63,449 nt of DNA. Source: a virus. Lineage: Duplodnaviria > Caudoviricetes. The first letter of the stretch is position 1; every line of letters begins with the position of its first letter. Under the pieces are notes generated by a model. It had not been told where the DNA came from. It did not search any database and was given only the letters and a program-made list of their open reading frames with translations. The position numbers and the translations under genes were made by a program. The DNA is taken from the IMG/VR virus record IMGVR_UViG_3300009161_000047, positions 1 to 63,449 of that record; one strand, written 5' to 3'. Below, piece by piece: positions 20,401-29,413 of this stretch.

Positions 20401-20652
20401 ATTATCTTGAATTTTAATATATTTTCTTGATTTGGTGTTGATTGTTGTCATACCACCAATAACAATCGAACCTTCTTTGAAAATATGATTACCAAATCTT
20501 TCTACTTGATTTTGGCAAATGGATTGTAATTGATTTAATTCTCTAGCTTGAACTGCATATCCAGGTCTAAAAAGAATTCTCAAAAAATCTTTATTCTCTG
20601 GTGAAAAATCGTCCCAGTATGGTGCTGAATTTAATTCTGAAATTGCTGGCAT
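14476..20652 (-). CDS. Large virion structural protein, VrlC/DUF4815-like
   Basis: 'PYWDDF...RILFRPGYAVQARELNQLQS', 'APGAHRLK', 'LARRTYDESGDY', 'RYTMRDIG', 'RFKNGFIVD.F', 'DPLAQSF', 'GSLFLSQNSSTW'. Confidence 0.9.
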   Translation of the reverse strand: MPAISELNSAPYWDDFSPENKDFLRILFRPGYAVQARELNQLQSICQNQVERFGNHIFKEGSIVIGGMTTINTKSRKYIKIQDNFNGIEFIVSSFLNKTITGATSGAKAIVVAVADKEGSDPKTLIIQPLNGLEFDEFGETINAAGAGSCFAAASGDISGASSTASIDSGIFYTKGFFVICPQQTTYLEKYTRFASVKAGLVSELAIIDEGDDTTLLDNAAGSYNYAAPGAHRLKVNLIFSSKALDFTEDADRFIDLLEVRDGQLYRQVTTPLYSEIEKTLARRTYDESGDYTVRPFRADIQNHPSDDNKLRAYLEAGKAYVKGYEFETIARQYVDLDKPRSNTDDSTINGLDIGMNYGNYVVVTVDKGYPDISSLETLYLYNAAAGQLGSCRVSSIQYDSTVSGVRRYRFYLFAIILAAGNGFSDVRSLRSENGTTKKFDLVPVDLGATGALLGTDSASYIFETGLGAVRTFKIEDPLSPGTFTSATDTDYQYKGARTFASATNFTWTVASNETLQTGTDSTTKDTHYLVINTITGAQITNYTLAISAANRTAAITLPGATGATTTAVVYTVNANTTTPRIKTLIEPKTSSGYARLGPNSSNTIKLASTANSSVSNYYTDGLIKILYGTGAMTGATGFTISAYDETTQIATISGATGFLAVPDESSYYQIAPPTTSNTYNSDSLASGIKYFSTAISDTNSLSLTVPDGLRIIKILNSTSQADWFDPTKDVTSKFGFDNGQRDFTYEHSLLSLSPGQTVTGAINVFFEYYSHSGSGYFNVDSYPSYTKIPTFASSTGKIFNLTNCVDFRPVRNSDAAVAGSGPYYSTVIPISGSNMNADVTHWLSRIDKIVATADKSFKVLKGNSDSYPKQPDELDNGMTLYTVRYNPYTFNNRDITLEYIDNKRYTMRDIGKIEKRIENIEYYSLLNMLERETATLDVTDANGNDRFKNGFIVDTFTGHGIGDVGNLDYRCSIDSRKQEARPRFYTKNYDLLLKTSESTGYTQRGPLLSRIFTPIDFVVQSFASQTVNVNPYSVFTWKGVMSINPTVDFWKDETRRPENIINVNGNNDNIKSGLDFAGSTWNNWENNFNGTEEDDRVEDRLARGELGANLPAATIDVLLTEDWRYEETNTGGTGGNVAGGARNAQWRNYRTGEVRNAVIGKAAVNTQSAKTNSGTNVQNQQSSTTKTTTMKLGDRVVDISSSQWMRTRTIVFTASGMKPESVVFPFFDDVLISSNVTFNITKTGVTGTSGSLTITVPDTFGVYVGQLVFSATGSVNGSRITGITGNTITLTVVNPGNVVATDTVTFQNYYGAFATPSNKTSPTGSISGTFVIPEGKFLVGDRMLRLSDSASNDIDLETTFSQSRFTANGILIHKQSETINVRTTEPVRPAQTSTPTYTTNSGGLPFLTPTIPAPALAPDPAPASPSNPIITYIDDVPVYANDATAPSISTGPIMGPLTTQQALNQNGFAFVLANISNACMVDPLAQSFFVDPAFFPNGLFIDSVDLFFKTKDASLPVTVQIRPTVNGYPSSTVILPFAEKSLMPNFVNISDTGTSATTFTFPSIVYLEPGEYCIVCLTDNTNYNLWIAEIGKKLIGTNILITQQPYVGSLFLSQNSSTWTAEQTKDMKFTLKRCSFIEGSFSVVLTDYITASAPTRIKTGTGNTGYYAIIVNNSNDLKVGQSVTGTGIGAAAEITAVDGFVIYLSVANIGTVSGNITFTGKSAGDGFADIVWVGLSTMEFPNTSVVSSFISKPVNSSIESSFTPILTNKNYEFTGRREIVANAESFKHGVTGTVTFNHVSPIIDMEKNNIIVIENDVNNITERTTTTTGATGFNATIINLSSSQFIQNGSLMKIGTEYMTVLAGGGTTGATGVTVARGSLGTGYTIGGATGATGFGTLVGSTGISAAATVYSLAETFPSGGSAASKYITRPIVLQSPADYLKVYVTAVRLPGTDIKVYYKIKAAEDTDLLSNKSWVEMYREYPGDNSFSLSNSNFKEYIYGPEKTAYPENISYVANNGRVTYNSFTEFAIKIVFLTSDPTVIPKIADFRAIALDRII

Positions 20653-20661
20653 TTAATCCTC

Positions 20662-22530
20662 TTAGAATTGAATAATAACTCTGATATCTTCAATCTGTTC
20701 GACGAATCTTGAAAGTGGTGTTCTGTTTTCCACATAGAGAACAGTTCCGGTATTTGGTTCTACTCCAACATTAGTTATACTTGATGTAGTGAAGGTAGAA
20801 GAACCAGTTGTAGTTACGGTCGCTGTTGCGAAATATGGATAAGTGGTTCCTGCACTTGAAGACTTAGAAAGATTAGTAATATAAACTTTCTTATTAACAG
20901 TATCGTGTTGTACAACTGTTCCAATTGCTGTTTCGGAACCACCAGATCCTTGATAGATTGTAGTGTCTGGCGGTATTACAGTAGTTGTTCCTGAAATTGA
21001 AGTATAATTTAAAATTAAACATTGATTCACAACAGTATCGGTCGCAAGGAATCCATATTGTGATGTGGCATCCGGTAAAATATCAAATGGTTCAGTCACA
21101 GTCAGGAGTTTTGAACTACCCACATAAGTACTGACAATTCTTAATTGTCCTCTTCCTTTTCCTGAGTATATATAAATCTTCTTTCCATTATGCACGCTAT
21201 TAGTGGCAGAATCGGTTGACGCAAGTGTCATCTGTGAAGTCGTCAAACCAGATCTGGCTTGCGCTGTTTTTAACGAGCCATAAACAAGAGGATTTGTAAT
21301 TAATCCAATTTTTCTATATTCATTAGAAGAAACAATTACACCACCCTCGTCTCCTTCAAATTTAGCTTTTGATAGTAAATTGAATGCGCCCAATTCGACT
21401 ACAGGATCAGAACCATGACCACCAAATGGAGAAATAATTGCTTCTGCCGCCGCCCCAGATCCTCCTCCACCAGTAAATGTAACAGAACATTTAGTATATC
21501 CAGATCCTGGAGCAAATATTTGTATTTCTCTTACAGCGTTCGATGTCATTCTAGCTATGGCTACTAAATTCGCACCATTACCAGTTACAGTTATTTTTGG
21601 TGAGATATATGCTCTCAATCCTGCAGTAACTGCACTGCTGAGTGTTACTGTTCTGGTTGAAGCAACATAAGCTGTAATATTTCTAACTTCTTGTACGACA
21701 CCAGATGCATTTTTAGTGTATAGAACACTGTTAACATAAGCACTGTCAGTGCCACTGGCAGATTGACCACTATCAATTAGAATTGTAGATCCTGATACTG
21801 TATAAGTGAATCCTTGCGAATTTGTAGTGTTTAAGTTATCAGTTGCTGGCAGGATATTCGTGTAAGCAGAACCAGCATTTGTCACTTTGATATTATAGAC
21901 ACCACCATTAACGGCATTTGTGATGATATCCCAGTTGTCAGTTCCGTCGTCTTCATTTAGAGTACGAATTGGAAACCAATCTGTTGTTAAGAATTCCGAT
22001 GCATCGATCGGTCTTAACGTGAATATATATTTCCAGATATATCCATCAGATAACGGCGAATATGTATCAGATCCAGTAAATGCGACGGTTGTTGGTTCTA
22101 CAGTTGACTCAACACCATTTACATTAGCTCCCGGGGACGCACCATTATCTAAACACTTATAAACTCTGAAATCGTCTGATACAACATAAAAAGGATAATA
22201 TTCAATAGTTGAAATAGTTCTTTTAGTCAACAGATCCGAAAGATCTACTTTATCAGAATACGCCTGATATCTTCTATATTCTTGCCAACGATATAGACGA
22301 ATAACATTTACACAATTAGAAACAGATATCCTCTTAAGATATAGCATCTCATCGTGTGCTTCCGGTTCTAGTGTGAATGTGTCGAAAACTGAATTGGGAG
22401 CAAGATCGCCTCCAGTTCCAGTCCAGCTAGTTGGCTTAGAAACAAAGAAATATACTGATTCGTCTTCGATAGTATTTCTGAAATTGTTGAGATTTGTGTG
22501 TCTCAAAGAAGAACTTAGAACTGTTGGCAT
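20662..22530 (-). CDS. 8: Baseplate wedge protein gp8
   Basis: 'FYV..DDFRVYKCLDN...DGYIWKY', 'GGHGSDPVVELG', C-terminal 'G.VLYVENR.P..R...Q.EDIRVIIQF'. Confidence 0.9.
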   Translation of the reverse strand: MPTVLSSSLRHTNLNNFRNTIEDESVYFFVSKPTSWTGTGGDLAPNSVFDTFTLEPEAHDEMLYLKRISVSNCVNVIRLYRWQEYRRYQAYSDKVDLSDLLTKRTISTIEYYPFYVVSDDFRVYKCLDNGASPGANVNGVESTVEPTTVAFTGSDTYSPLSDGYIWKYIFTLRPIDASEFLTTDWFPIRTLNEDDGTDNWDIITNAVNGGVYNIKVTNAGSAYTNILPATDNLNTTNSQGFTYTVSGSTILIDSGQSASGTDSAYVNSVLYTKNASGVVQEVRNITAYVASTRTVTLSSAVTAGLRAYISPKITVTGNGANLVAIARMTSNAVREIQIFAPGSGYTKCSVTFTGGGGSGAAAEAIISPFGGHGSDPVVELGAFNLLSKAKFEGDEGGVIVSSNEYRKIGLITNPLVYGSLKTAQARSGLTTSQMTLASTDSATNSVHNGKKIYIYSGKGRGQLRIVSTYVGSSKLLTVTEPFDILPDATSQYGFLATDTVVNQCLILNYTSISGTTTVIPPDTTIYQGSGGSETAIGTVVQHDTVNKKVYITNLSKSSSAGTTYPYFATATVTTTGSSTFTTSSITNVGVEPNTGTVLYVENRTPLSRFVEQIEDIRVIIQF

Positions 22531-22552
22531 GTTTTACTTGATCCCTTGTATA

Positions 22553-22560
22553 TATTTATA
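22553..22560 (-). promoter_or_regulatory. T4 late promoter upstream of gp8
   Basis: TATAAATA on the minus strand about 22 nt upstream of the gp8 ATG. Confidence 0.65.
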
Positions 22561-25500
22561 GTGGATATGATTTGATTATACAACCAATTGGTTGATTTAT
22601 GGATTTCCATCCAGAATTAATTTCAAAACCGGTAGATCCTATGATATTGATTGTAGAATTATTGTTAGATCTAGTTAGATTATTTACATTATTTAACTCA
22701 TCTGATTCTTCGTCTTTTTCTACATATAATATTTTATTTATGCGATCATATTTAATTACTCTCATTTTATTGAAAACTGTTGAATTAACCAACAATGATG
22801 ATTGTTGCACTAGAGTTTCCCCATACTCAAAGATAGGATGAGGTTTGCCAGAGAAAGTCTTTGATGATGAAGTAGTGTCTGATGCTGGTTGATCTAAATC
22901 AATATTCCTTCCAGATATATTTCTAATTCTTGAATTTGCTGTAATACCAGTTCCAGAAATTGATTGACCAATATATAAATTATTTGTGTCAAAAGAATTA
23001 TCTGTTAATGTAATTCTATCCAAACCGATTACAGTGGAACAAGTTGTAGAAATAGATGAGGTGTTCACATAATATTGATAATGACCAAACATGGAGTATT
23101 TTGCGATTGGAGCTATTTCAACAGCTGAATTTAGAGGAGACGATAATATTCTAATATCTGCGCCAGTTCCAACTATTCCAGTTGCTCCTGGTGAGAATCT
23201 AATAATAGGATCGTAAATATATCCTCTTCCATTACTAGTTAATGATATTCCAGTAATTGCACCTGTTATACCAACACTTGTAATTGTAGCCGCCGCTCCT
23301 ATTCCATATCCACCTTCAAAAGATATTGTATTTGCAGTGCTGTAACCGATACCACCAGAAGAAATACTCAAAGAAAGTACACTTCCACCATAATGATCAT
23401 CATTATAATTTGCACCAGTTGGCCCTGTCGCTCCACCAGGATAAGTGTATAAATCAGGATAAACAAAGTAAGTTGAATTGTTAGGAGTTATAGTCCCAGA
23501 AGGATATCCATAACATTGAATAGTATTCGTTATTTCGTCATATTCTTTAATATTAAGAACACTGTTCACACCATTACCAGAAGAGATAATCAGATTGAAA
23601 TTTTTATACAAATCGTTTTGCGGATGTACTTTATGATTTCCTGTCCCCTTTGAGATGAAGATAAATCCAGTAGCACCTGTTGCTCCTGATATAGCAGTAG
23701 TGAAACTATTTGCTAATTGAATATTATCCGAATCTACTATAATAGCATAATATTCATTTCCAGAAACTAATCCAGTTAAACTCGAATTCCCATTATTGTT
23801 ATAAGTTAATCTCGTAGCAGTAGATAATTTATGTATGGGAATATTAATCATGAAACCAGTGGCCCCAACAGATCCAGCTGGTCCTGTCGCCCCGATTATA
23901 TTAGTTGCACTGTTAAATGTATATTGCGTAATTCCAGTCGCACCAAGAACTCCGGTCGCACCAGTTAGAGGATTTAAATTATACGCAAGATCGTATTTCG
24001 ATAAACCAATTTTTAAACCTGTCGCTCCCGGATCAGGAACAGAAAACGTCCCAGCAGAGACACTATCGATAAGATAATTTTGGATAAGTCTATATGATAA
24101 TGCTGTATTGGTTCCTGTAGATATCGCTGAATCGAAAGTTACAGTTTTAGATTCCCCAACATAATCCGTTATAGTTCTGATCACTTTTGTGCTATCAGGG
24201 AAAGTTATGATAATTGTGTAACCTGTATATTCATCATCTAGATTCGACAAACCAGTTTCACCCAAATCTAATGTAGAATAAGACGTAGATGCTGTAACCG
24301 AAACAGTTCCGAGAATAGTTTGGAAGAAATCTGGAATACCTGTTCCAATATTTCTAATAATATCGTTTACAGTTGGTCCCAACATAGCTTTGCCAGGATC
24401 TAATTCAGAAACAACAGGAAGAATAGTCGTCTTCGCATGATCTATCGGATAATATTCTAATCTGGCAGTACCAGATAATTGCGAACCCATATTATGGGAT
24501 GGACCAGAAGCACCAGTAGCAGTGGTTCCTGGTGTGGTCGCTCCTGCGATAACTTTGTACCAATTCCCCTCATATTTGATAATATTACCAATAGCAACCC
24601 CAGTCGAACCTGTCCAGAAAGAATAACCTGGATCATAATAAGTTAATGTGTTTTTTCCATTTAAAGCTTGCGCTGGTCCTGTTATGGCTGTGATTGAAAA
24701 ATTTGTTGTGAATCCTGATGCTCCAGTTAATCCAATAGTTGGAACGATAGTGTAACCATTACCACTATTTGTTATTTGTACAGAAGAAATGTGAACACCA
24801 GTTGCACCAAATGATAATGTTGCATTTCCAGCAGCACCGGTTCCAGTAGCTCCTGTAAATGATAGAGGATAACTACCAGGAGACATAACATTAGATATTC
24901 CAGAATTCGAAATACTAGTACCAGAAACACCTATTGTATGAACTGGTCCTGTAGATCCAAATTCACCACTAACGGCACCACCCAAATTTCCTGTTATTTT
25001 ATAGAAATTCGATTCATTAAATAAGATATCCCCACTATATCCACTGAATGGAGGATAATATCTCATTATGGTTGTTCCGTTTGGATAAGAACGTTCAACG
25101 TGAGTTGGTGGATATTTTCCAGGATTTCCAGCCTGTGTAACTAAATAATAATTATTATTCCACACGACAATGTCATTTTGTAAGAATGAAGTTGCACCAG
25201 TTTGTTTCCATAATTTAGGAGTAGTTTCTAAACCAGGATACCAGCGATAAGCGTCGAAAGAATCTCTTACAAACTTAGTTCTTTTTGTTAATACAGTAGT
25301 GAAAGATTGAATATAGTCTTGATATTCTGTTTCTACAAGATTTTCTACTTTAGAATATATTCTAACAATGTCACCATTTTGGGGAAGCGGTGACAAGAAT
25401 CTAACAATTGTTGAATCGACTATGATGTAATGGACACCATATATTCTTCGAACACCATTCAAAAACACAAACACCAATTGTTCTGTAGGACCGGAAAATA

Positions 25501-28500
25501 TTAATTTAGCAGTACCAACAGTTTGCTCACCGCTTGTTACGGATGGTGGAGTATCTCCGAATTGACCTGAAGCAGAAACAATAAAAATGTTATCAATAGA
25601 TCCAACTCTTAAGAATATTTTTTGTCCAACACTAACAATATCTTGAGCTTGCCAGTTAATTCCGTTATCTAACGGTGGAAGAAAACCAAAATCAGTTCTA
25701 AGTTCAGGATAATCTTCATCTGTATCAGGATCTGTTATTATAGTGTTATATTGTTCGTAAAAAGTGTTATAATTATCTCTTTCTGCATATAGAGATTCGT
25801 CTCTAACAGAAAGAATTTTAGAAAAATATCTCAGACCTGCAGGATGTATGGTCTTTTCTAAGATTGTTCCAAACAGTCTAGCTGATTGATCGGAGATAAT
25901 CTCATATGAGAAATCTTGATAGTATTCTGAATCTTGAATCTTCTTAGATGAAGAAGGTTGACTGTCAGTTCCAATATATTCACCATCATATTTCAATAGA
26001 CCAGAAAGATTTGCAGTAAATTCAGCACCTTCTCCACCATTTGTAGTGAATGGTGGTTGTGATTGGTAATTGAAACCGAAATTGTTAATTTTATAATTTA
26101 CGATTGAATTAGTAGATACTTGCGTAAACGAATGCACTTGGTGTAAACCAGTTGATCCTAATTGCATCAATACACCAGTAGATCCTGCCTTCGCACCTGC
26201 GAAAGTACTGAATAATTGCACACCAGTCGCACCAGTTATTCTGGCATAATATGTCACACCATCGACTAAATTAAGAGGTCCAGTCGTACCTGCATATAGA
26301 CCAGTGCTTCCATTGAACGAATAAATTAACCCTCTTCCGGTTTTGAAATTGTGAGGAGTATTGAATGTTATTGTATCTGAAGAAGGATCTACTAGAGCTA
26401 ATCCGGAAGCTTTGGTGAGAGAATGCTTTTCACTTTTATTAGAGGATAATAGATTTACCAATAATCCAGTAGATCCTGCAATGGCCCCAGCATAAGTCTT
26501 ATATAATTGTACACCAGTCGCACCCGTTATTCTTCCAAAATAAGTTTGATTATCTGCTAAACCAATTCTTGTTAGATATAATAGATGATTCTGTGAAATA
26601 GAAGCTTGACTTAGATTAATTATACCAGTCGATCCAGATGTACTAGTAGATGGATCTGAATTGGATAATCTTAAATATCTTCCCCTGATATCACTATACA
26701 TTTTAACTGTAGTATTTGGGGAATTTCCAATAAAAGACCAATATCCTGTTGCACCGGCAGTATGTGTTGGAATATTTATACTGTCAGGAACTACAGAAGT
26801 AGATTTATAGAATTTAGTAGATACACCATCGATAACTTTAATTGTAACTGCTGAAGAGAATCCAGTTGAACCTATTTTAAATGGAATCGATTGGGATGCT
26901 GTAGCTCTATCTAAATATTGTTTAGGTGTTTCTGCTGTTATTGCTAATATTTCAGATGCTGGAATATCTATATTTATGTTTCTTGGTGAATAATCAATTG
27001 TAAATGTTGTTGCACCAGTATGTGGATCCGGTATCGTAAGTGTTGGTCTGGTCGAATATCCATCACCACCATCGGTTACAGCAATAGATACGATACCTGT
27101 TGCACCAGTAGAACCGATATTCACTAGTCCTATTGTCGCAGTTCCTAAAGCAGTTTTTCCAATAAAAGACCAATATCCTGTTGCGCCGGCAGTATGTGTT
27201 GGAATAGTGGTATTATGTGGAACAGGTGCATAAGATCTATAGAATTTAGTCTTTGGTGAATCGAAAACTTTAATCTGTATGTCAGTTCCGAATCCAGTAG
27301 CACCAATTCCTGTGGCACCGGATGTAAATGATGTTGATCCAGTATATGGATCGGAAAAAGTAATGCTTGGTGCTGAAGAATATCCTGAACCAGAATTTAC
27401 AATATCAACTTCTGCAACAATGTTAGTGTCTTTGGCAAAAGAAGTTAATGCATAATATATCTTGTCGTCGTTTAATCCGAGCACTCCCGTCGCACCTACC
27501 GGTCCGGTCGCACCATTAAACGAATAAATTACGGTGTCACCATTTGTATAATTGTGAGATGTGTTCAGGATTATACAGTCATTAAGTGCATCCACATCAT
27601 CCACTACATTAAATGGTGCAATTGTAACAGTATTACCTGGAACATTATTTCCGATAATGTCAATCTTAGTGTTCAACGAGTATACTAAAGCGTCACCATT
27701 GAAATAATTATGTGGAGTATTGAATGTTATTGTTTCTGAAGTTGAATTAACATTACCATTAATCGTAAACGACTTCGAAACATCTGAAAAATCGTTTGAA
27801 ATATCAAAATATTTTGGTTCGTTTTTGACTGTTCCAGTTTCTGTTACTCTAGCTAAGAAAGAAGAATCTGATAAAATTTGATCATCTTTCGAATAATTTA
27901 TTCCCCCATCAAGAATATTAAGTGAAGAAATACAGGGACGAATATTTGCTATAACTGTCGGTGTTACCGTTCTATCAAAATTTAATAGAGAAATAGGTTC
28001 ATCTGCATCGAATATTCCATTGATTTCATTTAATCTTAATTCTAGAGTTAACCCACCCGATGCAATTGCTACATCTGTTACAGATTGAATAGTTGCTGTT
28101 GCACCAGAATCCAAACCGATAATTCTTTCACCCAAGAAAGATTCTGTGAAAGATTCTTCTGTTTCTTGTGTATTTGTAGAAGTAACTCTTATAATGAAAT
28201 CTTCAGACCACTTTCCATCAGATACTCTTAACATATCTGTTTTTGGATAATAAATCTGAACATCCGAATCAAATAGAATTCTGAATAAGAATTGAATCGA
28301 TTTCTCTGCACCTTTTGAATTGTAGAATTGTTTTATGAATTTAATTAATTTTCTTACATCGACTTGTCTAGATTCAACTAAATTATCAGATTCGAGATAT
28401 AATCTATCTGGAATATCCGGGAGTAATTCTCTTTTGAGAGATTCAATACACTTTTCTACAGTTTCATCGATATCTCTAGAATTTTGTGATGCAATTACAG

Positions 28501-29410
28501 AAGTATTCAGACCATTAAATACAGTTGTGGTAACTGTTTCTAAAACAGCACCCGATCCACCACCGCCAGTCACAATAGCTTTAGGTTCTTCTTGTTTAGT
28601 GTATCCAGATCCGGGATTTGTAACAACAATCTTCCTGACAACTCCTGAATCTAAGATGGGAACAGCTACAGCTCCTGCTGCGCTTCCTGTTCTGGGATCA
28701 TTAATATACACGCCTTCATCGTTTTTAGTTACAAAATATACTATTACAGATTCTGGTCCACCGGATGAAATATGTTTAGATGTTACATTAGCGAAAGTGG
28801 ATAATCCAGTTGCACCTGTGAATCCAGTAGAACCTTGGTATGGTCCTGCAGTAAATTTATGAGTTTGACTGATAATCGATGACGAAAGATTTATTCCTGA
28901 TCCACCTGCCAATGCACCAGATCTATTTGAATAGATCTTAACTGTGGTTGGTGATGTATTATTAACCCAATAAGTTGATCCATCAACTAATCCAATAACA
29001 CCAGTAGAACCTACTGGTCCAGTAGTTCCATTAAAAGAATATAAAACTTCATCACCATTAGACAGATTGTGAGTAGTTCCAAATGTTATGATATCTGTAT
29101 TAGTATTAACTGAAGTTAAATTAAATGGCTTGATGATAACTGAAGAAGTTGCTGCTTGATTAACAGAATAGACTTTATTATTGAAGCTGAATCTTTCCCC
29201 TTTTGCATATGATGTGTTTCCCGCCCAAGTTGAAACAGGATTATAACCAGACCCACCATCTGTAACTTTAACAGCAATTATTTGACCTTCTTCTGAATCG
29301 AGAAAAGAATAATACTGTTCCATTAATTCCAGGAAGAGTGGATATTCTTCCCTAATATATTGTGGAATCTGCGATTTAATGAAGAATTTCTTTTTGTGGG
29401 GAATATGCAT
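22556..29410 (-). CDS. 7: Baseplate wedge initiator gp7-like, expanded
   Basis: 'SQIPQYIREEYP.F.E.M.QYY.FL', 'IKQFYNSKG..KS..FLFRILF', 'SDGKW', 'KIQDS.YYQDFSY.I', 'HPAGL'; lies between gp6 and gp8. Confidence 0.85.
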   Translation of the reverse strand: MHIPHKKKFFIKSQIPQYIREEYPLFLELMEQYYSFLDSEEGQIIAVKVTDGGSGYNPVSTWAGNTSYAKGERFSFNNKVYSVNQAATSSVIIKPFNLTSVNTNTDIITFGTTHNLSNGDEVLYSFNGTTGPVGSTGVIGLVDGSTYWVNNTSPTTVKIYSNRSGALAGGSGINLSSSIISQTHKFTAGPYQGSTGFTGATGLSTFANVTSKHISSGGPESVIVYFVTKNDEGVYINDPRTGSAAGAVAVPILDSGVVRKIVVTNPGSGYTKQEEPKAIVTGGGGSGAVLETVTTTVFNGLNTSVIASQNSRDIDETVEKCIESLKRELLPDIPDRLYLESDNLVESRQVDVRKLIKFIKQFYNSKGAEKSIQFLFRILFDSDVQIYYPKTDMLRVSDGKWSEDFIIRVTSTNTQETEESFTESFLGERIIGLDSGATATIQSVTDVAIASGGLTLELRLNEINGIFDADEPISLLNFDRTVTPTVIANIRPCISSLNILDGGINYSKDDQILSDSSFLARVTETGTVKNEPKYFDISNDFSDVSKSFTINGNVNSTSETITFNTPHNYFNGDALVYSLNTKIDIIGNNVPGNTVTIAPFNVVDDVDALNDCIILNTSHNYTNGDTVIYSFNGATGPVGATGVLGLNDDKIYYALTSFAKDTNIVAEVDIVNSGSGYSSAPSITFSDPYTGSTSFTSGATGIGATGFGTDIQIKVFDSPKTKFYRSYAPVPHNTTIPTHTAGATGYWSFIGKTALGTATIGLVNIGSTGATGIVSIAVTDGGDGYSTRPTLTIPDPHTGATTFTIDYSPRNINIDIPASEILAITAETPKQYLDRATASQSIPFKIGSTGFSSAVTIKVIDGVSTKFYKSTSVVPDSINIPTHTAGATGYWSFIGNSPNTTVKMYSDIRGRYLRLSNSDPSTSTSGSTGIINLSQASISQNHLLYLTRIGLADNQTYFGRITGATGVQLYKTYAGAIAGSTGLLVNLLSSNKSEKHSLTKASGLALVDPSSDTITFNTPHNFKTGRGLIYSFNGSTGLYAGTTGPLNLVDGVTYYARITGATGVQLFSTFAGAKAGSTGVLMQLGSTGLHQVHSFTQVSTNSIVNYKINNFGFNYQSQPPFTTNGGEGAEFTANLSGLLKYDGEYIGTDSQPSSSKKIQDSEYYQDFSYEIISDQSARLFGTILEKTIHPAGLRYFSKILSVRDESLYAERDNYNTFYEQYNTIITDPDTDEDYPELRTDFGFLPPLDNGINWQAQDIVSVGQKIFLRVGSIDNIFIVSASGQFGDTPPSVTSGEQTVGTAKLIFSGPTEQLVFVFLNGVRRIYGVHYIIVDSTIVRFLSPLPQNGDIVRIYSKVENLVETEYQDYIQSFTTVLTKRTKFVRDSFDAYRWYPGLETTPKLWKQTGATSFLQNDIVVWNNNYYLVTQAGNPGKYPPTHVERSYPNGTTIMRYYPPFSGYSGDILFNESNFYKITGNLGGAVSGEFGSTGPVHTIGVSGTSISNSGISNVMSPGSYPLSFTGATGTGAAGNATLSFGATGVHISSVQITNSGNGYTIVPTIGLTGASGFTTNFSITAITGPAQALNGKNTLTYYDPGYSFWTGSTGVAIGNIIKYEGNWYKVIAGATTPGTTATGASGPSHNMGSQLSGTARLEYYPIDHAKTTILPVVSELDPGKAMLGPTVNDIIRNIGTGIPDFFQTILGTVSVTASTSYSTLDLGETGLSNLDDEYTGYTIIITFPDSTKVIRTITDYVGESKTVTFDSAISTGTNTALSYRLIQNYLIDSVSAGTFSVPDPGATGLKIGLSKYDLAYNLNPLTGATGVLGATGITQYTFNSATNIIGATGPAGSVGATGFMINIPIHKLSTATRLTYNNNGNSSLTGLVSGNEYYAIIVDSDNIQLANSFTTAISGATGATGFIFISKGTGNHKVHPQNDLYKNFNLIISSGNGVNSVLNIKEYDEITNTIQCYGYPSGTITPNNSTYFVYPDLYTYPGGATGPTGANYNDDHYGGSVLSLSISSGGIGYSTANTISFEGGYGIGAAATITSVGITGAITGISLTSNGRGYIYDPIIRFSPGATGIVGTGADIRILSSPLNSAVEIAPIAKYSMFGHYQYYVNTSSISTTCSTVIGLDRITLTDNSFDTNNLYIGQSISGTGITANSRIRNISGRNIDLDQPASDTTSSSKTFSGKPHPIFEYGETLVQQSSLLVNSTVFNKMRVIKYDRINKILYVEKDEESDELNNVNNLTRSNNNSTINIIGSTGFEINSGWKSINQPIGCIIKSYPL

Positions 29411-29413
29411 GTA

